Origin: an uncultured bacterium | GTDB taxonomy: Bacteria; Chloroflexota; UBA5177; JANWHV01 | Length of the DNA: 64,000 nt | Direction of reading: 5' to 3' | Assembly (NCBI GenBank): GCA_963729625.1 | Contig: CAVSOU010000007.1 | Coordinates: 384,001-448,000 of the forward strand | Shown here: positions 51,859-60,803 of the stretch, piece after piece | Numbering within the stretch: position 1 is the first letter of the stretch | How the letters are laid out: every line of letters begins with the position of its first letter | Made by a program: the position numbers and the translations under genes | Notes under the pieces: model-generated | Seen by the model: the letters and a program-made list of their open reading frames with translations, nothing else | What the model was told of the DNA's origin: nothing | Databases searched by the model: none

Positions 51859-51913
51859 ACGATACGACACAGTCATGACAAACAGATGATGGCGCAGATG
51901 ACAACACCGTGAT
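51859..51913 (-). promoter_or_regulatory. OmpR/PhoB-type direct-repeat box plus -10 element
   Basis: Minus strand ATCAC..TGTCAT..ATCAT..TGTCAT at 11-12 bp spacing, ending 10 nt upstream of TATCGT. Confidence 0.55.
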
Positions 51914-52071
51914 AGGAACGCTCCGCGAGGGTCAAGATATGCATGCCCGGCGCCACGGCGCATAGCCTGACGCTCCGCGGGGCACTTGCCTGCAGGTCGC
52001 AGAAATCAGGCAAATTGAGTCAAATCCGTACGCAATGCCTTGAATCAGAAACGCAACGCGGCAATTTGCGG

Positions 52072-52100
52072 TTGACCTTTACGGGTCCTGCCAGTACTGT
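52072..52100 (+). promoter_or_regulatory. Sigma-70-type promoter candidate for the GH26 gene
   Basis: TTGACC-17 nt-TACTGT; implies a leader of about 365 nt. Confidence 0.5.
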
Positions 52101-52471
52101 GAGAAAGGTCCGCGACAAAGGGCAGAGAGCGCCGAGTTACGTTATACGGCGTGGTACACCAAGATGGCGATAGGGTACGTGGTGGTCGTCACGTCCTGAT
52201 TCGCCGAGCAGCACCCGGTAGTGACGCACCGCGGACGCCGGTGTGGACCGACTCGCACGGCCAATACAATCACCTGGGTGTTTTGCCGTTCCGCGGCGCC
52301 CTTCGGTCGCCCGCCCGCGCACACTGTGGCATTGCCGGCTGGAGCACGCCAAGGGTCTGCGCGACGGGCGGCCTTCACGGTGCGCAGTCGAAACCTTTCC
52401 TTGCCCGGCAGGCACTGCGTCCGTGACCGACGAGCGCGCCATCACGAGCGATCTGGAGGAAGGCGGTTCCA

Positions 52472-53871
52472 ATGGTATACTTGAGGCCCCGTAGTGTAGC
52501 CCCTATCTGTCTGGCGGCAGTCATCGTCGTGAACGTCTGTCTCGCGCTGCACGGTGCGGCGTTCGCCGCCTCGGCGCGCGACAACGTGCCACCAGTACCG
52601 AGCACGTCCAGCCAGGTATCCGGGCAGATCGTGGCCAGTTCGCCACTCTCGCTCTCCACCACGATAATAGTCGGTGGTGGTCCGGTGAGCGCCGCCGTGA
52701 CGCTGCAGAATCAGGGGAGCAGCAGCATCAGCCTGAACGGCATCGTGATCGCGGCACGGGCGCCAACCGGCGCCAATGCGGACTTCGGCGGGATTTGGGG
52801 TGTAACGCTTGCTCCCGGTCAAACAGTGGCACTGCAGCGAAACCGGACCTTTACCGTTAACGATCCCGCCGGTGCCTGGACCATCTTTGCCAGTTACCAG
52901 ACCAGCGACGCCGTGTGGCACCCACTCGCGCCGGCCCTCTCCCTCATGGTCGCCGGCACATCGCCACCAGCGGGCGGATCGCTCGCCCTTGGCGCCACCA
53001 TCAGAGACAACGGCACTTCCATATACCCCACGTCCGGCCTGCTTGCATGGTACGCCAACCTCGTGGGCAGGATGCCGGCCATCGTGAACGTCGGGTCGGA
53101 TTTCGTCCACAACGCGAGCTTCGATCCCGTCATGATGAGCTACCTGCAATCGAACGGCACCATGCCGATGTGGACCTGGATGCCGGAAGACGACACGCAG
53201 GGTGCGTACCAATCCAGTTACACCGACAGGGCGGTTGCGAACGGGGCTTACGACGGCTATATCCGGCAGTTCGCCCTCGCCGCCAAACAGTGGGGACGTC
53301 CGTTCCTGCTGCGCCTCGCGCACGAGATGAACGGGACATGGTTCCCGTGGAGCACCGGCGCCGGTAACCCAAACAGGAACAACCCGGCTGACTACGTCGC
53401 GATGTGGGAGCATGTGCACGACATCTTTACGAGCGTGGGCGCGACCAACGCCCGTTGGGTTTGGTGCGCCAACACCTCTCAACGGGCTTTACCGCATTGG
53501 CGCAGGACTATCCGGGTGATTCGTACGTGGACTGGGTGGCGCTGGACGGCTATAACTGGGGCGGCAACCCCGGCCATACGTGGCAGCCTCTGTCGACTGT
53601 CTTCGGCCCCTCGTACCAGGAAGCCGCCGCGTTGGGTAGCAGGCCGATGATGCTCGCTGAAGTGTCCTCCGCCGAACAAGGTGGCAGCAAGGCTGACTGG
53701 ATCACGCAGGGCATGCTCAATACGATTCCCCAGGCGTTCCCACGCATTCACGCCGTGGTCTGGTTTGACTGGAATCTCGAATATGATTGGCGTGTAAACT
53801 CCTCGTCTTCGTCACTTGCGGCTTTTCGCGCGGTAGTTGCTTCGCCCCTCTACCAGGGGATGGTGCAGTAG
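52472..53871 (+). pseudogene. Secreted GH26 (beta-mannanase-like) glycoside hydrolase with a frameshift near 53478
   Basis: First frame: signal peptide, Ig-like domain, LRLAHEMNGTWFPW, WVWCAN. Second frame continues with YPGDSYVDWVALDGYNWG, MMLAEV, VWFD. Confidence 0.85.
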
Positions 53872-53879
53872 GCGAGCGT

Positions 53880-53913
53880 TGGGGATCCGCGATATGCTCA
53901 GCCGGGATCCCCA
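53880..53913 (+). terminator. Hairpin after the GH26 gene
   Basis: TGGGGATCC...GGATCCCCA stem with a weak U tail. Confidence 0.4.
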
Positions 53914-54293
53914 TATTGCGCAAGGACTCGAGGCAGTACCGGCCGCCTCAGTGAGCGTATGCATGCTTCGTCCGGGATCGCGCCAGCTTCTCGCGGAGTG
54001 AGACACGTTCATTTCAGTGAGATAGCAGTCGAAGCTCGGATGCCGGCCGAGCACGTCTGAGATTCCGGCGACTGGCCAACACTTTGACCTCCGCAGAACT
54101 CCGCTCGGAGCATCAAAGTCTTAATTCACGCAGCAGTAACATGGTAGAGTTGCGACGTGCTGCTTTGTCTCTGTCCGCGGCAGTGCGAACACGCGGGAGG
54201 CTCGGGTCGCAAGGAGGTCAAAGACGGCAACAGACCGGCGCGGTTGCGATGCCGCGCGACGTTCACCGATTAGCGGACCGGAGGCACGAAGAA

Positions 54294-55508
54294 GTGGCGA
54301 AAGTGTTGTGCGTCCTATACGACGATCCTGTCACAGGCTATCCACGGTCTTACGCCCGCGACACCATTCCAGCCGTAGAGCGTTATCCGGGTGGGCAAAC
54401 GGTTCCGAGTCCCGCGCACGTCGACTTCCGGCCTGGGGAGCTCCTGGGCAGTGTTTCCGGTGAGCTCGGACTGCGCCGCTTTCTTGAAGCTGAAGGTCAC
54501 TCGCTTGTCGTGACATCTGACAAAGATGGGCCCGACTCGGTATTCGAACGCGAGCTCGTCGACGCGGACATCGTTATCTCGCAGCCGTTTTGGCCGGCGT
54601 ACCTGACACGAGAACGGATCGCCAAAGCGCCCAAACTCAAGCTGGCGATCACCGCCGGAATCGGCTCGGACCACGTCGATCTGCGAGCCGCGATCGAGCG
54701 CGGCATCACTGTGACGGAAGTCACGTACAGCAACAGTATCAGCGTGGCCGAGCATGTGGTGATGCTGATCCTTTCCCTGGTGCGGAACTACTTGCCGTCC
54801 CATCAGTGGGTCCTCGATAAAGGATGGAACATTGCCGACTGCGTGTCGCGATCATACGATCTCGAGGCCATGGATGTTGGCAGCGTCGCAGCCGGACGCA
54901 TCGGCACCGCAGTGCTACGGCGCCTGAAACCGTTCGACGTCAAGCTACACTATACCGATCGGCATCGACTGCCTGCGGAGACCGAACGCGAGCTCAACGT
55001 GACGTATCATCCCAGCGTGGAGTCGCTCGTGAAGGTCTGCGACGTCGTGACGATCAATTGTCCGCTGCACCCCGAGACCGAACACATGTTCGACGCTGCG
55101 CTGTTGGCCAAGATGAAGCGCGGCGCGTACATCGTGAATACGGCGCGCGGTAAGATATGCGACCGCGACGCGATCGTGCGGGCACTCGAAAGCGGGCAGC
55201 TCGCCGGATACGCGGGTGACGTCTGGTTCCCACAGCCCGCGCCGCAAGATCATCCGTGGCGCACGATGCCGCACCACGGCATGACACCGCATGTCTCAGG
55301 ATCCTCACTGTCCGCGCAGGCGCGCTACGCCGCAGGTACACGCGAGATTCTGGAGTGCTGGTTTAGCTCTCGCCCCATCCGCGAAGAGTACCTCATCGTA
55401 GACGGCGGCAAGCTCGCCGGCGCAGGGGCCCACGCCTATAGTGAGGGAAATGCGACCGGTGGTTCGGACGAAGCGGCACGGTTCAAGCAGGCAGACGCCA
55501 CGCGCTGA
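54294..55508 (+). CDS. fdh: NAD-dependent formate dehydrogenase (metal-free)
   Basis: AKVLCVLYDDP, ISQPFWPAY, AGIGSDHVD, AAGRIG, YTDRHRL, AGDVWFPQP, MTPHVSG. GTG 54294. Confidence 0.96.
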   Translation: MAKVLCVLYDDPVTGYPRSYARDTIPAVERYPGGQTVPSPAHVDFRPGELLGSVSGELGLRRFLEAEGHSLVVTSDKDGPDSVFERELVDADIVISQPFWPAYLTRERIAKAPKLKLAITAGIGSDHVDLRAAIERGITVTEVTYSNSISVAEHVVMLILSLVRNYLPSHQWVLDKGWNIADCVSRSYDLEAMDVGSVAAGRIGTAVLRRLKPFDVKLHYTDRHRLPAETERELNVTYHPSVESLVKVCDVVTINCPLHPETEHMFDAALLAKMKRGAYIVNTARGKICDRDAIVRALESGQLAGYAGDVWFPQPAPQDHPWRTMPHHGMTPHVSGSSLSAQARYAAGTREILECWFSSRPIREEYLIVDGGKLAGAGAHAYSEGNATGGSDEAARFKQADATR

Positions 55509-55638
55509 GGGCCAGTCAAGACCGTCGCGGGCATCCGTCTGAATAACTGCCTGTTTGGTATATACTCGCGCAGCTAAACTGAAGAAGGACAAGCTGCCGG
55601 CCGGCGCGGGATGCCGGATGCTCAGAAAGGACGGCGAG

Positions 55639-56754
55639 GTGAGCGGAGTACGGGTACTGATTGGTACGCGCAAGGGCGCGTTCGTGTTGACCTCAGACGA
55701 GAAGCGCAAGAAGTGGAACGTCGGCGGCCCCCACTTCGCGGGCTGGGAGATCTACCATCTCAAGGGATCGCCCGCTGACCCCAGCCGGCTCTATGTGTCG
55801 CAATCCAACGGCTGGTTCGGCCAGCAGATTCAACGCTCCAACGACGGTGGCTCGACGTGGGAGCCGATGGGTAATGCGTTCACGTACGACGGCGTTCCCG
55901 GAACACACCAGTGGTACGACGGTACACAGCACCCATGGGAGTTCAAGCGAGTGTGGCATCTTGAACCGTCGTTGACGGATCCAGACACCGTCTACGCCGG
56001 TGTGGAGGATGCTGCGTTGTTCCGGTCGACCGACGGCGGGCGGACGTGGGAGGAGCTTGCGGGGCTGCGTGGCCACGCCTCGGGGCCCTCCTGGCAGCCG
56101 GGCGCAGGCGGCATGTGCCTGCATACAATCCTTCTGGACCCCAGCAATCCGGATCGAATCTTCATTGCGATCTCGGCGGCAGGCGCATTCCGGAGTGACG
56201 ACGCGGGCAAGTCCTGGCGCCCGATTAACCGCGGCCTGCGGTCCGAGGGCATACCCGACCCGGAGGCCGAGGTAGGCCACTGCGTCCACCGTATTGCCAT
56301 GCACCCGTCGCGCCCGGGCGTGCTGTTTATGCAGAAGCATTGGGACGTCATGCGCAGTGACGATGCCGGAGAGTCGTGGCACGAAGTGAGCGGTGATCTG
56401 CCGACCGACTTCGGCTTTCCGATCGACATACATGCGCATGAGCCGGAAACCGTGTACGTCGTGCCAATCAAGAGCGACTACGAACACTATCCGCCCGATG
56501 GGAAGCTGCGCGTCTACCGCAGCCGCACAGGAGGGAACGAGTGGGAAGCGCTCACAAATGGCCTTCCCCAGCACGACTGCTACGTGAACGTGTTGCGCGA
56601 CGCGATGGCGGTCGACTCGCTCGAGTCATGCGGAGTGTACTTCGGTACCACCGGCGGGCAGGTTTATGTATCGGCCAACGCAGGCGACTCATGGGCTCCC
56701 ATCGTCCGAGATTTGCCGGCCGTGCTGTCTGTCGAGGTCCAGACACTGCAATGA
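55639..56754 (+). CDS. BNR/Asp-box beta-propeller protein (Ycf48/sialidase-like)
   Basis: Repeated SxDxGxxW Asp-boxes; VLIGTRKG N-terminus; GGMCLH and VGHCVH. Confidence 0.88.
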   Translation: MSGVRVLIGTRKGAFVLTSDEKRKKWNVGGPHFAGWEIYHLKGSPADPSRLYVSQSNGWFGQQIQRSNDGGSTWEPMGNAFTYDGVPGTHQWYDGTQHPWEFKRVWHLEPSLTDPDTVYAGVEDAALFRSTDGGRTWEELAGLRGHASGPSWQPGAGGMCLHTILLDPSNPDRIFIAISAAGAFRSDDAGKSWRPINRGLRSEGIPDPEAEVGHCVHRIAMHPSRPGVLFMQKHWDVMRSDDAGESWHEVSGDLPTDFGFPIDIHAHEPETVYVVPIKSDYEHYPPDGKLRVYRSRTGGNEWEALTNGLPQHDCYVNVLRDAMAVDSLESCGVYFGTTGGQVYVSANAGDSWAPIVRDLPAVLSVEVQTLQ

Positions 56755-57047
56755 TCCGCGTGCTGCTACCCGCGCATCTGCGGAACCTGGCGCGCGTCAC
56801 CGGCTCGGTAGAGCTCCAGGTTGAGGGTCCTGTCACGCTCAGGTCGGTGCTCGACGCGCTCGAAGCCCGCTATCCGGTGCTGCGCGGGACGATCCGCGAC
56901 CACGGCACGCTGCAGCGCCGGCCGTTCGTGCGGTTCTTCGGCTGCCAGGAAGACCTGTCCCATGAATCGCCGGATGCTCCCTTGCCGGACGTGATCGCGA
57001 CGGGTGCAGAGCCTTTGCTGGTCGTGGGAGCGATGGCCGGGGGTTAG
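56751..57047 (+). CDS. MoaD/ThiS-family ubiquitin-like protein
   Basis: [11 protein letters not shown]...[10 protein letters not shown]...AMAGG with a C-terminal di-Gly; ATGA overlap with the upstream gene. Confidence 0.9.
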   Translation: MIRVLLPAHLRNLARVTGSVELQVEGPVTLRSVLDALEARYPVLRGTIRDHGTLQRRPFVRFFGCQEDLSHESPDAPLPDVIATGAEPLLVVGAMAGG

Positions 57048-57145
57048 GAGCCGGCACGCCAGCTCGCGCATTGCCCATCAGACGGGCCGGGTTGATCCAT
57101 AGTGCTTGCTCAGGTGGCCTGGCCCGCACGATTGGCCTGGCCGAA

Positions 57146-58678
57146 TCAACCGTGCACAAACGGCTCCAGGTGGCGAGCAAAGTGCCGAGCCAGTGTCTCG
57201 GCGTAAGCCGTCTCGTGAGCGCGGAGCAGATCGAGTATCGGCGTCCTGAAGGCGACGATCACGGACCCGAAGGTCACATGCAGTACCTGTCGCGCGTCGA
57301 AGCTGTCGAGCAGTGCCAGCAGCTGACTGTCGGTCAACGCGTCGGGCTCCGGCACGCGATTGAGGTCGGCAGACACATGGAACGTGACACGGTCGCGCTC
57401 GTAATGCGCGCGCGCGAACGACACGATACGCCGGAAGAACGGCGGATCTATCTGGGCCACCACGCGCAGCGCCTCGAGGTAGCTCGTGCCGGCCGTCTTG
57501 AGATGAACCTGGCCGCGCGCCACGTCGCCGACCAACGGGTAGACACTGAACTTATCGGAACCTGAGTGCAGGCTCAGCTTATATGGGCCGAGCGCGCGTG
57601 CGATCGCCGCGTGGCCGGCCAGGTCCGCGCGAAGCGCGTCGAGGCTGCCGATATAGTCGACTCCCTTCTCGAAGCGCCCAATGTAGCGAGGAGCCAGGCT
57701 TATCCAGCGCACGCCAAGCCGTCGAAGCTCGGCAGCTATGTAGACATGCTCCGCGTGCGAAGTCGGTGTTTCGGTCTCGTCGACTGAGACCTCCAGCTCG
57801 AACGGCACGCCGGTGCCGGTCAAATGACGGTACATACGAGACACGTGGGCAACCGCTGCGCCATACTTGGCCGCGGCGCGCAGGATCGCGCCCTCTTCCA
57901 GGAGGATTGTGCGATCCTCCAGCTCGAACGCCTCACCCGCATAGCGCTGCAGCAGGTCATTCACGCTGCTCTGCAGATCGGACCAAGGGAGCCCGTCAAC
58001 CTTGCGCCGCACGACCGCAGGCGCGGCGTCATCGGCCTCGTTATCGACGTATTGGCCAGGATCGATCGTGAAGAAGCTGAAGCCCGCAGCAGCGGTGGCC
58101 TCGATGTCCTCCGGCGTCTTGAGATGATCGGCATCGGCGCCCACGGGCTCCCGCCAGCCTGACTGGAAGGCTCCCCAGGTGGCGTCGCTCAGCACGTCAG
58201 TCGGGCTGCGGCCGGTGCGAGTCATCTCGCGGATCGATTGCTGGGCGAAGATCGGGGCCAGTGAGTGCACAGACGAGCCGGGCTCCGTGCGGCGCAGCGC
58301 AAGCACGTGGCCGGGTGTGGCAAGTCCGAGCCTGTCGCCGAAGCCTGCCGAAGTCTTGAGGCCCAGCACCGTTGGCCGGAGCCAGGGGAGCAGGTCGCGC
58401 AGAACTTCCGCATGAGCGGCATCCGCCGGGCAGGATACGACGGCGTAGCCATCGATGGCCGTGCTGTCGATGGGGCTGACGCGATGCAGCAACGGATCGT
58501 CGGGACGTGCCAGGATCGCGAGTCGCTTGAACGTGGTTGCCGATTCGAGCCATAGCGCGACGGTCGGCAGCGCGACGAACGATTCCGGATAATCGCGGGC
58601 CAGGCCGGTTCGCGACCGCAGCTCAGCGAGACCAATGCCTGTCGAGCCGGCAGTAGAGTCTGTCTCATCCAGTCTCAC
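57146..58678 (-). CDS. uxaE: Tagaturonate/fructuronate epimerase
   Basis: GFGDRLGLATPGH, QQSIRE, GADADHLK, EVSVDET, SLHSGSDKFS, HLKTAGTSYLEALR. Confidence 0.92.
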   Translation of the reverse strand: MRLDETDSTAGSTGIGLAELRSRTGLARDYPESFVALPTVALWLESATTFKRLAILARPDDPLLHRVSPIDSTAIDGYAVVSCPADAAHAEVLRDLLPWLRPTVLGLKTSAGFGDRLGLATPGHVLALRRTEPGSSVHSLAPIFAQQSIREMTRTGRSPTDVLSDATWGAFQSGWREPVGADADHLKTPEDIEATAAAGFSFFTIDPGQYVDNEADDAAPAVVRRKVDGLPWSDLQSSVNDLLQRYAGEAFELEDRTILLEEGAILRAAAKYGAAVAHVSRMYRHLTGTGVPFELEVSVDETETPTSHAEHVYIAAELRRLGVRWISLAPRYIGRFEKGVDYIGSLDALRADLAGHAAIARALGPYKLSLHSGSDKFSVYPLVGDVARGQVHLKTAGTSYLEALRVVAQIDPPFFRRIVSFARAHYERDRVTFHVSADLNRVPEPDALTDSQLLALLDSFDARQVLHVTFGSVIVAFRTPILDLLRAHETAYAETLARHFARHLEPFVHG

Positions 58679-58806
58679 GTTCGATCTCCCCCTGTTATTG
58701 CCGTTCCAGCCGCCGAGGTTGCTTGGTTCCCATCTGATTGTCAAGGTTGCAGCAGGAAAGCGCCAGGGCCACGGCTGTGGCCGGCAAGCACGTGCGACCT
58801 GGGCAA

Positions 58807-59049
58807 TCAGCCTCCGGCTGGCTGATAGGCAAGATGCATCATGTGGACCACCATCCCTTCGGTCTGGTTCGCCAAGGCCGCCACGAACCCCTCGCAGGTC
58901 ACGCGGCCCAGCAGCAGGATGTCCCCGGCGTCGATGAGCGATGCGATGGTTTGCCCAATTTCCTCGTTGTGGTGGGACCCGGCCGATGTCTCCGGCGACA
59001 CCACGACGCCATCCAGCGAGAAAAGTAGCGCGGCCACGAACTTCCTCAC
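58807..59049 (-). pseudogene. Internally deleted dihydrofolate reductase/RibD-C-family remnant
   Basis: RBS GGAG plus GTG; RKFVA...SLDGVV...LLLGRVTCEGF N-terminus joined directly to a family-like C-terminal VVH..LAYQPA; only about 80 aa. Confidence 0.65.
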
Positions 59050-59253
59050 CGTGATCTCCATATTAAGGTTGGCACGCAATCCAGCACAGCGCAGCCCAAC
59101 GATCATACGCCATGGACTCGTGGAGTGCCTGCGTCACCAGCTCCGAGGAGCCCGCGTTCGGGCTTGAGACACATTATCCCAAACTCACTGGGGGCTGCTG
59201 GGCACGTCGTTCCTCTGGCCGTCGAATTAGCCTGCCCAGCATGGGCAGGGGGG

Positions 59254-59280
59254 CTATACAACAGTACTTGCTTTGTATAG
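59254..59280. promoter_or_regulatory. AT-rich palindrome, candidate operator
   Basis: CTATACAA-N11-TTGTATAG overlapping a TATAGT -10-like hexamer upstream of ORF 59323. Confidence 0.55.
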
Positions 59281-59322
59281 TATGTAAAACACTACAGCCC
59301 AATTCGCGGAAGGACCACGGTA

Positions 59323-59682
59323 ATGAGCACAGGGTACACAGCGGTTCGTTGGCTGAAACTGCATGTAGCGAGCGCGCTTGTCACGAGGTCGGCGACGCCG
59401 CTCATCCTGGTGGGCACTTTGGCCGTCGCCAGCTTCGGCGCGGCGGCCCTGAATCCCGCGACGGCCCAGCACATACAAAGCCCGGTCGTGCAGACACCCG
59501 GTCTGCTCCTGGACTCTCCGCATACATTCTGCTACGCAGACCCCGATGGCGACGGCCACACCATATGCCATATCCTCGCCAGCCAGGTGTCCACGATTCC
59601 GAACCTCGGCTGCTCCGCTGATCCGGATGGAGACGGCACGTTCATCTGCTATTACGGCACGGATCCGCGGACGTCGAGCTGA
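59323..59682 (+). CDS. Small exported protein with two C-x-A-DPDGDG-x-x-I-C repeats
   Basis: RBS GGAAGGA; hydrophobic signal segment ending ATA-Q; repeats CYADPDGDGHTIC and CSADPDGDGTFIC 27 aa apart. Confidence 0.75.
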   Translation: MSTGYTAVRWLKLHVASALVTRSATPLILVGTLAVASFGAAALNPATAQHIQSPVVQTPGLLLDSPHTFCYADPDGDGHTICHILASQVSTIPNLGCSADPDGDGTFICYYGTDPRTSS

Positions 59683-59879
59683 GCTGTATGGCGCGCATTG
59701 CGTCGCGCTCGCCGAGACGATACCGGCAGTTCGGCATCTGAAACACGGGTGCCGGACTGCGGCGTCTCATACGAGCGCAAGGTTCACATCCTCATTGCCG
59801 CGCAGCCAGGCGGGGCCCGCGTCTGCCGTGCCATTCTGCCGGGGCCCGAAACCAGCAAACACGTCAGGCTGGGCAAGCA

Positions 59880-60770
59880 CTAGAAGATTCGCTTTCCCAG
59901 CGCACTCCAGGCCAGCTCCGCCGCCAGCTTCGCGGTAGAGTTCCCACGATCGAGTATGGGGTTCACTTCGACGATGTCGAGTCCTACAAGGCAGCTCGCT
60001 TCGGCCAGTAGCTCCATGGTCAGGTGCGCCTCGCGATAGTTCATGCCACCCGCCACAGGCGTGCCGACTCCGGGCGCCTCACGCGGGTCGAGCGCGTCCA
60101 TGTCCAGGCTGGCGAGGACCCCGTCGGTACCGTGCGTTACGACTTCCAGCGCGGCCGAGACCACGCGATCCATTCCCTGCCTGTCGATCTGCTGCATCGT
60201 GAACACCGCCACGCCATTTTCGCGCAGCAGAGCACGCTCGCCGTCGTCGAGGTCTCGGACGCCTACCAGTGCGACGTTGCGAGGGTCGACCTTCCGCCCC
60301 GGGTAGACCAGGTTCACCAGGCGCTGATCGCCCACCCCGCATGAAGCGGCAAGCGGCATACCGTGGATGTTGCCGGTCGGAGTCGTGTCCGCGCTATTGA
60401 AGTCGCCGTGCGCGTCGATCCATATCAGTCCCAGGCGTCGATCCCGCGCTGACGCCGCGATCGAGCCCAGGGCGACGCTATGGTCGCCGCCCAGGACCAC
60501 CGGGAAGCGTCCTTGCTCTCGCGCCTGCCACACGGCCAAGGCCAGTGCCTCGGCCATGACCACGATCTGGTCGAGATGCTTGAGCCGCGTGTCAACGATC
60601 TCGCCCTGCTCGGCCAGAGTGACCGGAATGTTGCCCATGTCCACGACGTCGTGTCCCAGACGGGTCAAGCCAGCACGCAGGCCGGCATAGCGAATGGCGC
60701 TGCATCCCATGTCCACGCCGCGCCGCTCCGCGCCAAAATCGATCGGTGCGCCAAGTACTGCCACGCGCAT
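59880..60770 (-). CDS. rocF: Arginase
   Basis: GGDHS, DAHGDFN, TGNIHGMP, SLDMDALDP, GVGTPV, VEVNP. Confidence 0.95.
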   Translation of the reverse strand: MRVAVLGAPIDFGAERRGVDMGCSAIRYAGLRAGLTRLGHDVVDMGNIPVTLAEQGEIVDTRLKHLDQIVVMAEALALAVWQAREQGRFPVVLGGDHSVALGSIAASARDRRLGLIWIDAHGDFNSADTTPTGNIHGMPLAASCGVGDQRLVNLVYPGRKVDPRNVALVGVRDLDDGERALLRENGVAVFTMQQIDRQGMDRVVSAALEVVTHGTDGVLASLDMDALDPREAPGVGTPVAGGMNYREAHLTMELLAEASCLVGLDIVEVNPILDRGNSTAKLAAELAWSALGKRIF

Positions 60771-60803
60771 GCTCGTATCTCCTACCTCCTCCCAATAGCG
60801 CGG

